Source: Saccostrea echinata
Lineage: Eukaryota
DNA length: 64,000 nt
Assembly (NCBI RefSeq): GCF_033153115.1
Contig: NW_026889762.1
Location: 5,852,496 to 5,916,495, forward strand
Direction: 5' to 3'
Shown: one piece after another, positions 35,122 through 47,393 of the stretch
Layout: the number at the start of each line of letters is the position of its first letter
Position numbering within the stretch: position 1 is the stretch's first letter
Notes under the pieces: model-generated
Told to the model about the DNA's origin: nothing
Seen by the model: the letters and a program-made list of their open reading frames with translations, nothing else
Database searches by the model: none
Made by a program: the position numbers and the translations under genes

Positions 35122-36342
35122 GTAAGTCTTCATTTTAAGGGTCTCCATTGAGTTATGGCTACCTATTGCAGTTCTTTGGCCAGAAGCTTCTTAAGGGTTT
35201 TTTTTCTAAAATAGATGGAAAATTTTATTAATATTTAATACACATTTAATTCATTTGTGCAAGGGAAACAAACTTGTTTTTGCATGGTCTCCAATATTCT
35301 TACCTTACTCTTCATCGTCTTAGAACTGAGGAAGGGCAAATTTTGTATTGAAAATGCAATATACTTTAAGAGCACTATTTTTCATTTAATTGGTCATATC
35401 TACAGATCAAGCAGACAAATAGATTTGGTGGACAAGTTCGGACATGCTTTGTCCTAGAATATTCTTGAAAATACTCTTATTCCTTTGTGATTGTCAAGAA
35501 CCCTTGTCATCTTTTGTGTATAGCAACATATCTACCATTAACAATTTGAGGATCTGAAAATAAATATTCTTTAAAAATTTCTATCTCAATGTATTATTAA
35601 GAGAAATATTAAAGTAACAGTGTGATGGAAAAGGAAAAAACTGACAAAAGTAGAATTTTTGGATGACCAATTCTTGAAGATATTAGGTTTCAGAAAATTA
35701 CAGGTTTCTGAACCTAAAAAAATCTACTTTTTTGGAGAAAAATAAAAGTAAAATTAATTTTTGTTTGCCCCTAAACAAAAATATTGCTTCACTTCTTCCT
35801 CTTTATTGTACACATGCGCAGAAAAGTTGAAGAATTTACTATGGTGTCAATTCCATAGATGAAATATATGATATAAATATCGGATGACCGATGATTTTGA
35901 TACAATCTTCAATAAAGATGATCAGAACCTATTTCTCACTTCTGTTTGCTCCAATTCAATGTTGTTTACAAGTTTCACGCTAAAAATAAAAGTCGCTCGA
36001 CCTTGACATTGTTGACATTGACGATAACAACAAAGCGGTAGATACAACCTTCAAGTTTGTTTTTCCGGCACTTATATTTTGCAGTTCTTTTCTTGCTTTA
36101 CAGTGCAGTTGAGTTGTCAAACCTTCGCTTTAGTCATATTTCATATATTAAATCTTTTGTTTTATGATACAATTATCTTGAAAGAAACACACGATTTTGA
36201 CTCATTATGTAACTTTAAATAAAATATCTAGAAAAATAAATATTTCCAGAATTAAAATATTTAACCAAAAAGAATTTTGCTAAAGAAATTCATATATCAT
36301 CAAGTTGTATAAGATGTTAATGTACAATTTTTGTTTGTCTAG

Positions 36343-36397
36343 CTTATGCCAAGGACTTCAAAACTACCTGCGTTGCCAGTGGGATATGAAGAAAAAG
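36343..36397 (+). CDS. Candidate exon 5 of the same gene: LMPRTSKLPALPVGYEEK.
   Basis: Acceptor gtctag at 36337-36342 and donor GTACTT at 36398. Phase 0 in and phase 1 out, consistent with its neighbours. No recognisable homology. Confidence 0.45.
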
Positions 36398-36952
36398 GTA
36401 CTTTTGTGCACTATTTATGATGAAAGTTAAATACAAATATAAAGATTCTTTTTTCATGATTCAGGATGATAACATTGTCTTGATCATACAGTTTTTCGCT
36501 CAGTAAAGAACTCAGTGAGCTTTTATGACTGAAGATTGCCTTGTGACATTCTGTCTTTTTGCCGTGTCTTCTATAAGTATTTCACACTTAACATCTTCAC
36601 AAAAAACATGTACGAAATTTAAAAAAAACTGGAAAAATACTAACATTATATTTAAGCCATATAAAAAGCATACAAAATAGAAATAGCATTTTAAGAGCTA
36701 CATTCAGGGTTAATTATGTCACTAGGAGTTTATTGTAATGATGGTGTTACCATAGGTACCAAACTTAACAACTAAAGGCTTTAAAAAATTCTTGTAAATG
36801 AGCAGCAGAATTAGGATTTTGCCATTTACTAGTTAATATACAACACTCCAAATATAGTGCAGATTCAGATATGTCATGAGCTCTGGGCTAGGTAAGGCTC
36901 TACTAGAGATTCATTGTGTATGGGAATAAATGTACATAAGAAATGGTTTTTA

Positions 36953-37293
36953 TTTTGCCCCGGGATCGAAAGATATATATTGTTTTTGTCCTGTCTGCCT
37001 GTTTGTCTGTCTGTCTGTCTGTTGTCAACTTTAACCTTGCCCATAACTTTTGATTGGTTGGAGCTGTGACTTTCATATCTCACATGTGCATTCCTTGTGA
37101 CAAGACCTTTCTTTGGGTACCATCGTATTTGACCTTTTGACCTTGGCCTTGGAGTTCGACCCACTTTTGCAAAATTTTATGAGACTTTAACCTTGGCCAT
37201 AATTTCTGAACAGTTGGTGCTTGGGGTTTCAAACTTCACAAGTGTATTCTTTGTGACTAGGCCTCCCTTTGGATACCAACAACTTTGACCTTT

Positions 37294-37324
<31 letters not shown>

Positions 37325-38108
37325 GAAAAAATTTAACCTTGTCCATAACTTTTGAACAGTTGGTGCTTGGGGTTTCAAACTTCACATGTGTATTCCTTGT
37401 AACAAGACCTTCCTCTGGATATCAACCTCTTTGACCCTTTGACCTTGACCTAGGAGTTTGACCTACTTTTGAAAAACTTTAACCTTGGCCATAACTTTTG
37501 AATGGTTGGAGCTAGGGCTTTCATACTTTACATATGTAATCCTTGTGACAAGACCTTTTTGGATACCAACCACTTTGACCTTTTGACCTTGACCTAGGAG
37601 TTTGACCTACTTTTGAAAAACTTAAACCTTGGCCATAACCTAGGAGTTTGACCTACTTTTGAAAAACTTTAACCTTGGCCATAACTTTTGAATGGTTGAA
37701 GCTAGGGCTTTCATACTTCACATATGTTATCCTTGTGACATCACCTTCCTTTGGATACCAACCACTTTGACCTTTTGACCTTGACATAGGAGTTTGACCC
37801 ACTTTTGAAAAACTTTAACCTTGGCCACAACTTTTGAATGGTTGGTGCTAGGGCTTTCATACTTCACCAACCACTTTGACCCTGACTTTGACGTTTTCCT
37901 TACTTTTAAAAAACTTTAACCTTCGCCGTAACTTTTGAACAGTTGCAGCTAGGTCTTTCAAATTTCACAAGTATATTCCTCGAGACAAGACCTTTCTTTG
38001 GGTACCAACATTTTTTATCTTTTGGCTTGGATTTTGACTTGCATATGAGAAACTTTAACCTTCGCCATAAGCTGCCATATGGAGGCATCAGTGTTTCACA
38101 AACACATA
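36953..38108 (+). mobile_element. Composite pearl-like element, copy 2 (head ttttgccccgggatcgaaagat, (gtct)n, ~150-bp tandem array, tail ccataagctgccatatggaggcatcagtgtttcacaaacaca). Lies in an intron of the Hsp70-like gene.
   Basis: Same architecture as 17452-18510 and 43480-44628. ORFs 36874..37164, 37906..38088 and 37943..38149 are artefacts. Confidence 0.7.
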
Positions 38109-38531
38109 TTGTTATATTTTCTTTAAGAATAGCAGTTCCAACTAAGTGATATTGATATAAACATTCCTAAGTTGTGTTTATTTTTTTTCTTCATATAATG
38201 GATCCTGTAGTTAGAATGGGTCAAAAACAGGGGTTCAAATTTTACATTAGATAAAAAAAAAACCCATATTATACTCTCCAGCACAAAAGGCGTAATGTTA
38301 GTAATATTTATTATGTACAGAAGCACCATGTAGTATGACTTTAAGTTTGGTTACGCCATTGCCTCTTGATGCTTAAAAGGGTTATTATATGGGGTAGAAA
38401 TATTATATGCCAGTATTTATGGGAATTTTTTTTAATTTGATTAACCAAGGGTCAAATAACAACATTATTTACATGTAATTTCATGTTTGATTCCGATACC
38501 TCATAACAAAATCTTCTGTATTCATTGGTAG

Positions 38532-38638
38532 CTTCTGATGTAAACTCTTATGGTATTGGATCTTCTGTCAGCAATGTTCTTAAGGAGACCCCAAGACTGA
38601 ATATATCCTCACTACAAGCGATGTTTAATATTCAAGAG
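38532..38638 (+). CDS. Candidate exon 6: (A)SDVNSYGIGSSVSNVLKETPRLNISSLQAMFNIQE.
   Basis: Acceptor ttggtag at 38525-38531 and donor GTAATC at 38639. Phase 1 in and phase 0 out. Confidence 0.45.
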
Positions 38639-39133
38639 GTAATCTTTTACTCATAATATGTGTAGGTACAACATGATTACTTAATGCAACATTCTTTTTG
38701 TTCATAATGGTACATTTCAGCTCCGCCACTTTGCAATGGATTTTTGGGGGTTTAGAAGCAATTTCTAATCTAAGAAGGGACTGAATCAATATTAAAACAG
38801 GAATATTTTTAAAACTAATATAGCCATGTGAGAAGTATTCTGAAGTACCCTTTGACCATTAGCTTGACTCTCAATATAAAATACTGTCAAGAATTTCTTC
38901 AATATATCAGGTTGTACATGACTGTATATAACTTCTTGACATATGTATGTAAGGTACATGCATATTTGATGAAAATAGTTCAAACTGTTGTAAATTTTAT
39001 GACTTTGAATCTTCCTGTGAACTTATTTACATAAATATAGACTACATGAACATGTACATACATTATGAATATTTGACTGAGTGTTTTGCATATGATAAAT
39101 GTGCTTAGTTTGAAATACTTCTGTCACCAACAG

Positions 39134-39233
39134 AACAATTTATGGAAACTTGGAGCGAATTTGGAGGAGACTTTTGGAATTGACATCACAAAATGTATGG
39201 ACATCCTCCAAGGAGCAGGATTAAATTCACTTG
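39134..39233 (+). CDS. Candidate exon 7: NNLWKLGANLEETFGIDITKCMDILQGAGLNSL(G).
   Basis: Acceptor caacag at 39128-39133 and donor GTATGT at 39234. Phase 0 in and phase 1 out. Lies within ORF 39086..39361. Confidence 0.45.
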
Positions 39234-39468
39234 GTATGTACACAAAGAACTGGACATTATGCTTGGTTAAAACACATATAAAAGAACATAGGAATATGAA
39301 GATGAGGAGGCCACCACAAATATATATAGGGATTCATCTAAATTTTTTTCTGACATGCTAAGAAAAATTTCTCTCAACATAAATTCTTTCTTTTATATGA
39401 TACAGGTGTATTTTGTTTCAAATTTCTTTGTATAAAATACTCTTCTCTTTTTAATTAATTTGAAAATA

Positions 39469-40433
39469 CGAGGGGTGATCAAAAAGTTCGCGAACTAATT
39501 GAATAACTTCCTTGGAAGAAATAAAATGAGATTTCAATGTTCATTATTTTTTAAGGTAGTCCTCTCCAATTATAATGTACATCTGCCATTGTTCTGCCCA
39601 TTCGCGAATCACGTGATCCAGGCGGTCACGTGACATGCTTCGTAGCGGTTTGTTCACAAAAGATAAGAGATTTTTCCTTGTCTTATATTTCTTACCATGC
39701 AAATTATTTTTTAAAACAAAACAGACCATCTGTCAGAAATGGCCAAATCTCGGCAATAGGATGGCTGGATAAGGATATCCCTTCCCAGAATTAGAATGGT
39801 GACCATCAAATCCCGAGTCCTCTGTCTCGGGAGCGTCGTTTATCCAATATGGAAAAAGTATGGGTGCCTTCTTTTTATCATATCTGATATTTTTAAAGTT
39901 TAAAACAAACGATATTTTAGGGATTTGATAATCATATTATTGTTCAGATATTCAACTATTTTTCTAATTGTAACTTGGCGATCTTTCCAAACAAATTGCT
40001 CAACTAAGGACGCATCTTTTTACCGGCTTGCTTTCGCTGGGCAACAGAATGGACATCATTTTTAACCATCTACCTGCCTTCACTAAAACAATCAATCCAA
40101 TTAATAATTGAACTTCTGGTAAGTCTTTTGTCTTCTTAAACCGTGTACAAATTATCATATTCTACTGCAAAGGAATTTCCGAGATATATGTTAAACTTTA
40201 CAGCCGTTCGTTGCTCGAGTACAACTGAGTGAACCATTTTTTGTCACAAGTCACCTAGATATTGACGTCATTTTCACATTATGACGTCACAAACACGAAA
40301 CAAAACATTATATAACATCTGCTATTTATAGAACATGTATATGACTATATGTGTGCCAAATTTCTTACTGATCTGAATTGTGGTTTAATTTGTAAATATA
40401 GAGATAGTTCACGAACTTTTTGATCACCCCTCA
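39469..40433. mobile_element. TA-flanked TIR element, about 0.96 kb (termini cgaggggtgatcaaaaagttcgcgaact), non-autonomous. Related to the element at 27308-29506. Lies in the intron between candidate exons 7 and 8.
   Basis: Left terminus at 39469-39496 and its reverse complement at 40406-40433 with one terminal mismatch. Flanked by TA at 39467-39468 and 40434-40435. Confidence 0.75.
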
Positions 40434-40497
40434 TATATGTGTACTTGTATTCATTTTCCATAAAGCTAACTACGAATATTTTCTCTTTCTGTATCAG

Positions 40498-40841
40498 GTA
40501 AAAAGGTTGGAGATGATGTCCTAGAATTGATATCTTCAGCCCTGGCCCTGCTCCTTATCCTTAAAATAATTGTTCCAGAGTTATTTCCTTTAGACTTTTC
40601 TAATCAGCTCAGTCTTTTGTCTGCATTCATGAAAGCAGAAAATAAATTAAAGAAAATGAGCATTGATGGTGGATTTTTAGAGGAAAGGCTAAGAGTTTCG
40701 GTGGAGACATACATAGCCAAGAGACAGAAATATGACTGGGTGTGTGATATGTTGGAATTAGGTCATACGTGGGAGGAGGCGGCCAGTAGAATGCTTGGAT
40801 ACACTTCATCTCTGGAAACTAAAGCCCCTCTTTATATATAA
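40498..40841 (+). CDS. Candidate terminal exon 8: (G)KKVGDDVLELISSALALLLILKIIVPELFPLDFSNQLSLLSAFMKAENKLKKMSIDGGFLEERLRVSVETYIAKRQKYDWVCDMLELGHTWEEAASRMLGYTSSLETKAPLYI, then stop.
   Basis: ORF 40527..40841 extends upstream to the acceptor tatcag at 40492-40497. Phase 1 in, matching exon 39134-39233. Stop TAA at 40839-40841. No recognisable homology. Confidence 0.45.
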
Positions 40842-41015
40842 GTGAAACTGTAAAGGATGACTGAGATACGTGTTATTGTAGAAAGAAGATAATTTATAGA
40901 ATCAAAAATAATATTATAAGTGATGTTTCCATGTCTTATTTTTTTCTATTCAAGATTTTCATCTGTAGTTTGTTATATGCAAATTGACGAGATAAATCTT
41001 CATACAAGTCAATGC

Positions 41016-41180
41016 ATATTTAAGGAATAACTGTCTTATTTTTTGGATTCATGATGTGATCAATCGAGTGGCTTGTGTGATAATTTGCATAAACGCCGAA
41101 GGCGTTTATGCATAAAATTATCACGCAAGCCAATCGATTGATCATCGTCATGAATCCAAAAAATAAGACAGTTATTCCTT
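41016..41180. repeat. Foldback element: near-perfect palindrome with ~77-bp arms around a 3-bp centre.
   Basis: taaggaataactgtcttattttttggattcatgatgtgatcaatcgagtggcttgtgtgataatttgcataaacgcc | gaa | reverse complement with about 6 mismatches. Confidence 0.9.
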
Positions 41181-42739
41181 ATATTTACATGCTCCTGATT
41201 CTGCAAATTCCCGTGCTAATAACCCCGCTTCTGTCTCTATTTGTCCCGCCCCGCACGTGATTTTTTTTAACCGCGCCTATCGATGAACCAGTAGATTTAT
41301 GTAGAAATAAAGTATTTTTACAATTTGTAATTTTATCTAGGACAAAGACATTGGAAATGTAAATATATAGATTTAAAAACTTTATATCTATTTTTCGTGA
41401 TTTTGACTTACTTGTTCTATGTTTTCTTATAAGTGGATAATGATAGAAAGTCACACGTGTGATGACCTTAATTCTAGAAAAAATATCATTCCCACTTGAT
41501 AATCCAAAATGTATGCATTTTGCACAAAGAAAAACAATTATAAAAATTATAATTGGAATAAACTTATTTTGTTTTTTTTTTCTTGTATACACTTATTTAT
41601 ATGATATAGTGGAATATTTTCTAACCATCAATTTACAACCATTTCTAATGACTTGTGACAAGGATATATTTGTTTTTTATTATACATTTTGATGTCTTAC
41701 ATGTTAATGTATATAATTTATTTTTATAGTTTATTTTTATGCTCTAATACAACTTTTTAAAGTTCATATTCCTAATAATTAGCATTTAACCTAGAGTAAC
41801 TTTATATTTAAAGGACTGCTATGCTACACTTTTTTTCAATAAGCATAAGTTGTAATTAATGAATTTCACCTTTCAAAGTTATAACATGTATTTTGAACAT
41901 ATTGACTGAATTGGGCTGGTATAAAAAAGTTTTTTTTTTCAAAAAAAAAAAGTGGATTATGCTACAAGATTGGATGAAAACAAACAACAAGCAAATTGCA
42001 TCTGAATATTTACAGGAATCTTCAATTCTTCATGGGAATTGAATCCTGTACAAGTCTTCAATTACAATGAAATACAAGCTCCACAATCGACAAGTGGTGT
42101 ATATATGCACATGTTTTTCCAAATATTTTACTTTAGTTTTGCAGATCTCCACCAGAATTAACTGTGATAATATTTATGTAAAATGCACTCTGCTTCTTTT
42201 ACTGAGGTATATTTTGTTAAATACATGTAAATTATGATTAAATTACCTTTACAATAGTTTAGTATGTCATTAGACATTTTTGTAGCTGTGTTAATCTTGT
42301 TTTGATTATTGGAAAAATGAAATAAATAAACTTCTTGAAATTCATCTGAACTCTTTTTTCCACGTAAAGTTCCAAGCATCATAAATGCAATGTGAATATT
42401 CGTTGGCCCTCAGTGATAGGTGTTGGTACATGTCCAAATTCAACAAAACATGCAGTTATTTTTATGCTTATCGACAAGCCTGCAAATATACACTATTTCA
42501 ATTCTTTGGAAAACGCACAAATAAATTCACACCATACAGATGACCTCTATGTACATACATTATCTAATACTAACATAAGCAAATTCGAAGAATTGTGGTC
42601 CCCTCGGTGTCTTAGCGTTTGGGATGCATTTATTTACGGCATATTGTTACTGTCTTTTTTATGTGTCCTGTCTTGTCTGTTTATCATACAAAAGAAATAT
42701 AATTTTTTGAATAAGTAAAAATTGTGTTCAAGACTGAAG

Positions 42740-43260
42740 CTTCTGAAGTCTGCATCAAACTTCAAGATCAAGGTCATGAGATAAAATTTCATAATACAAT
42801 CTAAAAGTTCTTTTTTTCACAAGTAATGTACATGTGAAAAAAAAATATGAAAGTCCTGTCTTTTCTGGAGCAAAAGTTTAAAGTTTTGGTAAGTTTGTCA
42901 AACTTCAAGGTCATGAAGTCATATCTGAAAGGTGTTGTCAAGGTAATGAACATATAAAATATGAACGCCCCTATCATCGTTAATACCTATGTAAAAAAAA
43001 AAATTGAAAAAGAATGTTGGTAAAAACTTAAGGACAAGAGATCAAAAATCAGAATACAATCGGAAAGGTTTTTCACTGGTAATGCACATGTCAAATACGA
43101 AAGTCTAATCTCTCATTCGAAAGTTATCGGCAATGTTAAAGATTTCGAGAATTAGGTCAAACTTCAAGTTCACAGGGTCAAAAATCAGCACACTTGGAAA
43201 CATCTTGTCACAGGTAATGCAAATATCAAATATGAATGCCCTATCTTAGCAATGTGTAAG
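42740..43260. repeat. Tandem array of about 4 diverged units (~130-150 bp) with the motif aacttcaag(a/g)tca(a/t)g..gtcat..aaatatgaa.
   Basis: Repeated motifs aacttcaaggtcatga and aaatatgaaagtcctgtct, and variants. Confidence 0.6.
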
Positions 43261-43479
43261 TTATACACAGTGTTAATTTTTGGATATAAATACAGGTAGT
43301 AAGAGAGAGAGATTATTCAGTCAAAGGATAAATTTTTCCCTATGACGGCAGGACAAAAATAAATAAATAAATTTTTAAGAATAATAATAAATAATCATTA
43401 AACAAAAGGAATTTCAGCACACTTCATATTCACAAAGGCTAAGGACAAAAAAGTCAAAGAAACACTGGGCCTGTATTAA

Positions 43480-44628
43480 CTTCTCTGTTTTGCTTTTTGC
43501 CCTGTCCGTCCCTCTAGCTGTCTGTTTGTCCGCAAAATCTTTAATATTGCTCACAACTTTTGATTGTTTGGAGATATGGCTTTCATATTTCACATGTGTA
43601 TTCCTTGTGACAAGACCTTTCTTTGAGTACCATCATATTTGACCATTTGATATTACCTTGGAGTTTGACCCAATTTTACAAAATTTTACCCAACATTAAC
43701 CTTGGCCATAACTTTTGAATGGTTGGTGCTAGGGCTTTCATACTTCACATGTGTAATCCTTATGACAAGACCTTCCTTTGGATGCCAACAAATTTGTCTT
43801 TGACTTAGGAGTTTGACCTACTTTTGAAAAACTTTAACCTTGACCATAACTTTTGAATGGTTGGTGTGAGGGCTTTCATTCTTCACATGTGTAATTCTTG
43901 TGACAAGAGCTTCCTTTAGATACCAACAACTTTGACCATTTGACCTTGACCTAGGAGTTTGACCTACTTTCGAAAAACTTTAACCTTGGCCATAACTTTT
44001 GAATGGTTGGTGCTAGGGCTTTCATTCTTCACGTGTATTCCTTGTGACAATACCTTCCTTTAGATACCAACAATCTTAGCCCATTGACCTTGATTTTGGA
44101 GTTTGACCTACTTTTGAAAAAAACTTTAACCTTGGCCATAACTTTTGAACAGTTGATGGTAGGGCTTTCGTACTTCACGTATGTAATCCTTGTGACAAGA
44201 TCTTACTTTGGATCACAACAACTTTGACCCTTTGCCTGTTTTTGAAAAACTTTAACCTTTGTTATACCTTTTGAATGGTTGGTGCTAGGGCTTTCATATT
44301 TCACACCTGTATTTCTTGTTAGGCCTTGTCTCATGCACCATTAATTTTGACCTTGACCTTAATGTGTGACTTACTTTTGAGAATTTTTAACCTTTTCATT
44401 ATCTATTCAATGGTTGCTGCTAGGGGCTTTCATATTTCACAGGTATATTCCTCTGGACAAGACCTTAGTTTGGATACTAAAATATTTGATTTGCATTTGA
44501 GAAAGTTTAACCTTTGCTATAAGTTGCCATATGGGGGCATCAGTGTTTCACAAACACATCTTCTTTTTGTTTTTTGTTTTGTTTTTTATTTGGGGGGGGG
44601 GGGGGGGGGGGGGGGGGTGAATGCACAT
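43480..44628 (+). mobile_element. Composite pearl-like element, copy 3. It ends in a 36-nt poly(G) tract (44592-44627) about 120 bp downstream of the BCCIP stop codon.
   Basis: Head gccctgtccgtccctctagctgtctgtttgtcc, ~150-bp tandem array, and tail ctataagttgccatatgggggcatcagtgtttcacaaacaca. ORF 44326..44649 is an artefact. Confidence 0.7.
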
Positions 44629-44730
44629 TTAATACAAGCAGTCTTGTGACATCTAAATGTACTGTGATTGCTAGCTAATAACCTTGACTTAATCTCAAAA
44701 TAATGAAAAAAGAAAAGAAATAAAAAAATT

Positions 44731-44736
44731 TATTTT
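44731..44736 (-). other. BCCIP: AATAAA polyadenylation signal candidate for BCCIP (minus strand).
   Basis: The reverse complement of the plus-strand tttatt lies 13 nt downstream of the stop codon. Confidence 0.4.
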
Positions 44737-44748
44737 CCAATTTTCACA

Positions 44749-44919
44749 TCAAGTTGTGGCTAGCTCAGTTTTTATTTTCTCCACCCCCTGCTTCAGCTTA
44801 TCTGCGGGGATAAGCAGTACGGTCCTGAATGCCTCAAACTGGTCCTCCGAGTCCCAAGTTCCTGTCACAACCGTGTCTCTGTCTGCCTGAACTGAATACT
44901 GGAATTTTGCTTCACTCAC
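44749..44919 (-). CDS. BCCIP: BCCIP/Bcp1 homologue, exon 7 of 7 (last): VSEAKFQYSVQADRDTVVTGTWDSEDQFEAFRTVLLIPADKLKQGVEKIKTELATT, then stop.
   Basis: Compare the human BCCIP alpha tail AILKFNYSVQEESD...LRTVMLIPGDKMNEIMDKLKEYL and yeast Bcp1 LIPAEKFQTAVETL. Acceptor tgtag (reverse complement of 44920-44924). Stop TGA at 44749-44751. 57 codons. Confidence 0.85.
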   Translation of the reverse strand: MSEAKFQYSVQADRDTVVTGTWDSEDQFEAFRTVLLIPADKLKQGVEKIKTELATT

Positions 44920-45924
44920 CTACACATAACAAAATGAAATTAAAGACAAAGTTTACTATACATCTATCAATGCAGTCCATACTAATTAAAGAAAACTGTG
45001 AGAAATATCCCAAATTATACAGTGAAATCTGTCTAATCTCACATGCACTGGGTCAAGTGATGGGAAATCGGAATTTTTTTCATAATTGATTATCGAAATA
45101 ATTGGATGCACTATTATCGATTAATAATCTATTGATTTCAAGTATTTAATTAATTCATTTTTGAATGAAGGATACATGGGTAAAAAAATTCAGGAATGAT
45201 TTCTAAAATGCACTTTTGATGTATTTTGTATCATTGGAATCATTTATTAAATTAATACTTAAGATTTAGTGATTTTCATAAAAGAATGAATTAAGAATTC
45301 ATAGGAATAATTTGCTTTAAACTAATATTTTGATTAATCGATTATCAAAATTATAATCGATTATCTATAATCGGGGCCATTTCGATTAGATAATCGATTT
45401 AATCGATTAAACGGTACATCACTAACTGGGACACAAATTGTGACTGAATACACAGGATGTCAGATTACACAGTGTAAAGAACAGGGAAGATGTAAGTTAG
45501 TCAGAATACACAGTACAACAGATTGACAGGTGTCAGATTTTCTATTGTAAATTAAACACATGTTCACAATCTAGCCTCCTTAGGTATATAAAATCTATAA
45601 TACGTGCTTGTTTTATTTTAGTTTTTTTTTCTTTTAATCTTTCAAAAATTTTCCTAATTTTTTTTTTTAGAATCTTTGATGATTTTCTTGTTTTGGAAAT
45701 GGGGTTAAAGCTTCTCATATTTGAGGTTTGTGTATTGAGAACCTTTTAGTTTAAATGGATATCAGGGGGTAGCCTTGCAGTGACTACCTCGTAATTGTTC
45801 CAATTTTTCAGAGTTCCTGAAATTTTTTTTATTTGCTATAAACATTTTTAAAACACATATTTTAACTTTTCTGATGTGACATATAATTACATTTCTACAA
45901 ATCAAACGGCACTATATCCCTCAC

Positions 45925-46066
45925 CTCCTGTAGATATTCCTCCTCTGCGTTGGTGAAGAACAGGGGACTATTTTTCTGGCCCTTCTGTCGGTATGTCTTA
46001 CACAGAAGGATGTAATATGAAAAGTCGTACTTCATCTTCTTATTTTTACACTTCTCCACTTCTTTT
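45925..46066 (-). CDS. BCCIP: BCCIP exon 6: (L)KEVEKCKNKKMKYDFSYYILLCKTYRQKGQKNSPLFFTNAEEEYLQE.
   Basis: Compare human KPCGKCYFYLLISKTFVEAGKN...ALMFANAEEEFFYE. Acceptor aacag and donor GTGAGG. Phase 2 in and phase 0 out. Confidence 0.85.
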
Positions 46067-46317
46067 CTGTTAAATTTAATTTGAGGAAGCACTTATGAAT
46101 ATAACAATCATTATTGAATTGATATTTCAATGCAGATATTATAACTTATTTAAGAGAATAACTTTGCATCATAACACTAGCTATAGCACACACATAATAA
46201 CAAATTTCAGGTTATTGACAAGCATAAGCATTTTGATTTTTTTTGCAGAGTAAATTCTAACCTCCCCCCTTTTCCCAGCATCTTACAAAATAAGTGAATA
46301 TGAATTTATTTACTTAC

Positions 46318-46496
46318 AGCAATGAATCAAACATTGGGACTGATATTTGTGGAGGGATGTTGATATATCGCTCACTGACCAGCAGGCCTACGTGGTGGTC
46401 ACCGTCATTCAGGACCTTGCTGAATTTTGGATCTCCTCCACACTTCTGACACTGGTCAATCAGCATTGACCGTACCTGTTTCACACATTCCATGTC
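46318..46496 (-). CDS. BCCIP: BCCIP exon 5: DMECVKQVRSMLIDQCQKCGGDPKFSKVLNDGDHHVGLLVSERYINIPPQISVPMFDSL.
   Basis: Compare human DKFLNDTTKPVGLLLSERFINVPPQIALPMYQQL. Acceptor ttgtag and donor GTAAGT. Confidence 0.9.
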
Positions 46497-46811
46497 CTAC
46501 AAACCAAGCAGTCATCCAAGCAAAGTTATTCGAATGTCATGAAATGTCAAACAAGCAGTTGTCATGCAACACTGAATGCTCCTTTGACATATTTCTATTC
46601 TTTATTGAATCAAATTTGAAGCACGTACACTAGTCCACAACCAATTTGTACCAATGTGACTAAACTTTGATTTCTGTCTGTAATCATTGTAATATTTATT
46701 TTATTAACCTCCAGCTGCCTTTTTTCTGTGATATTTACACAGCTGACGACCTCTGACCTTTTCATAAACAACATTGACATCTGACCTTTATGAGTGATGT
46801 TGACCTCTAAC

Positions 46812-46910
46812 CTTTTTATCAGTGATGTTGATGACTGAAGTAACTGCTAAGACTGGATCATCTTCTGCCATCTCCTCTTCATCATCATCTTCTTCAGGTA
46901 CATAGGATTG
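46812..46910 (-). CDS. BCCIP: BCCIP exon 4: QSYVPEEDDDEEEMAEDDPVLAVTSVINITDKK.
   Basis: Compare human SEDSNDDMDEDEVFGFISLLNLTERK. Acceptor ccccag and donor GTTAGA. 33 codons. Confidence 0.85.
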
Positions 46911-47312
46911 CTGGGGAATTAAATATATTAAATAAGTACTGAATTTAAATAAAAAAAATCAAAGGAAAGTACTGCAGAAATTTTCAAAACTACACGTATT
47001 GTAAGAAACAATTTTCTGTTTATAGTTAAGATGAATTCATACTTCTTTTAATTGTTTAAATCTAAATGTAATTGTTTCTACTTAAACATTGGAAAATCTA
47101 CACTCCATCAATCTTTTTATTTTGGTTGATTAGTGGGTCTTAAAATTGTTAACATCATGTCACTATCTACATTGTACTTTATTTTTTGATCTGAGAAAAA
47201 AATATTGCTTAATTCAGTTGCAAGACCATCTTTTCTCTAAATGGTAAAAGTAACAGAAATCATGCTGGCTGTAAAATTTGACAGTTACCAAAATAAAAAA
47301 AAATTAGATTAC

Positions 47313-47393
47313 CTTGACGACACTTCCAACTTGTCCCTGTGATATAATGATGTCTGCCATTTCTGACAAGTTGATGTTGGCTTTCAAAAATAG
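47313..47393 (-). CDS. BCCIP: BCCIP exon 3: LFLKANINLSEMADIIISQGQVGSVVK.
   Basis: Compare human LFLKAPVNTAELTDLLIQQNHIGSVIK. Acceptor catttag and donor GTAATC. 27 codons. Confidence 0.9.

Noticed and set aside
41185-41592. 135-aa minus-strand ORF
   Set aside because: AT-rich, low-complexity (runs of I, F and K), with no splice context or homology. It is typical of a spurious ORF in AT-rich intergenic DNA.
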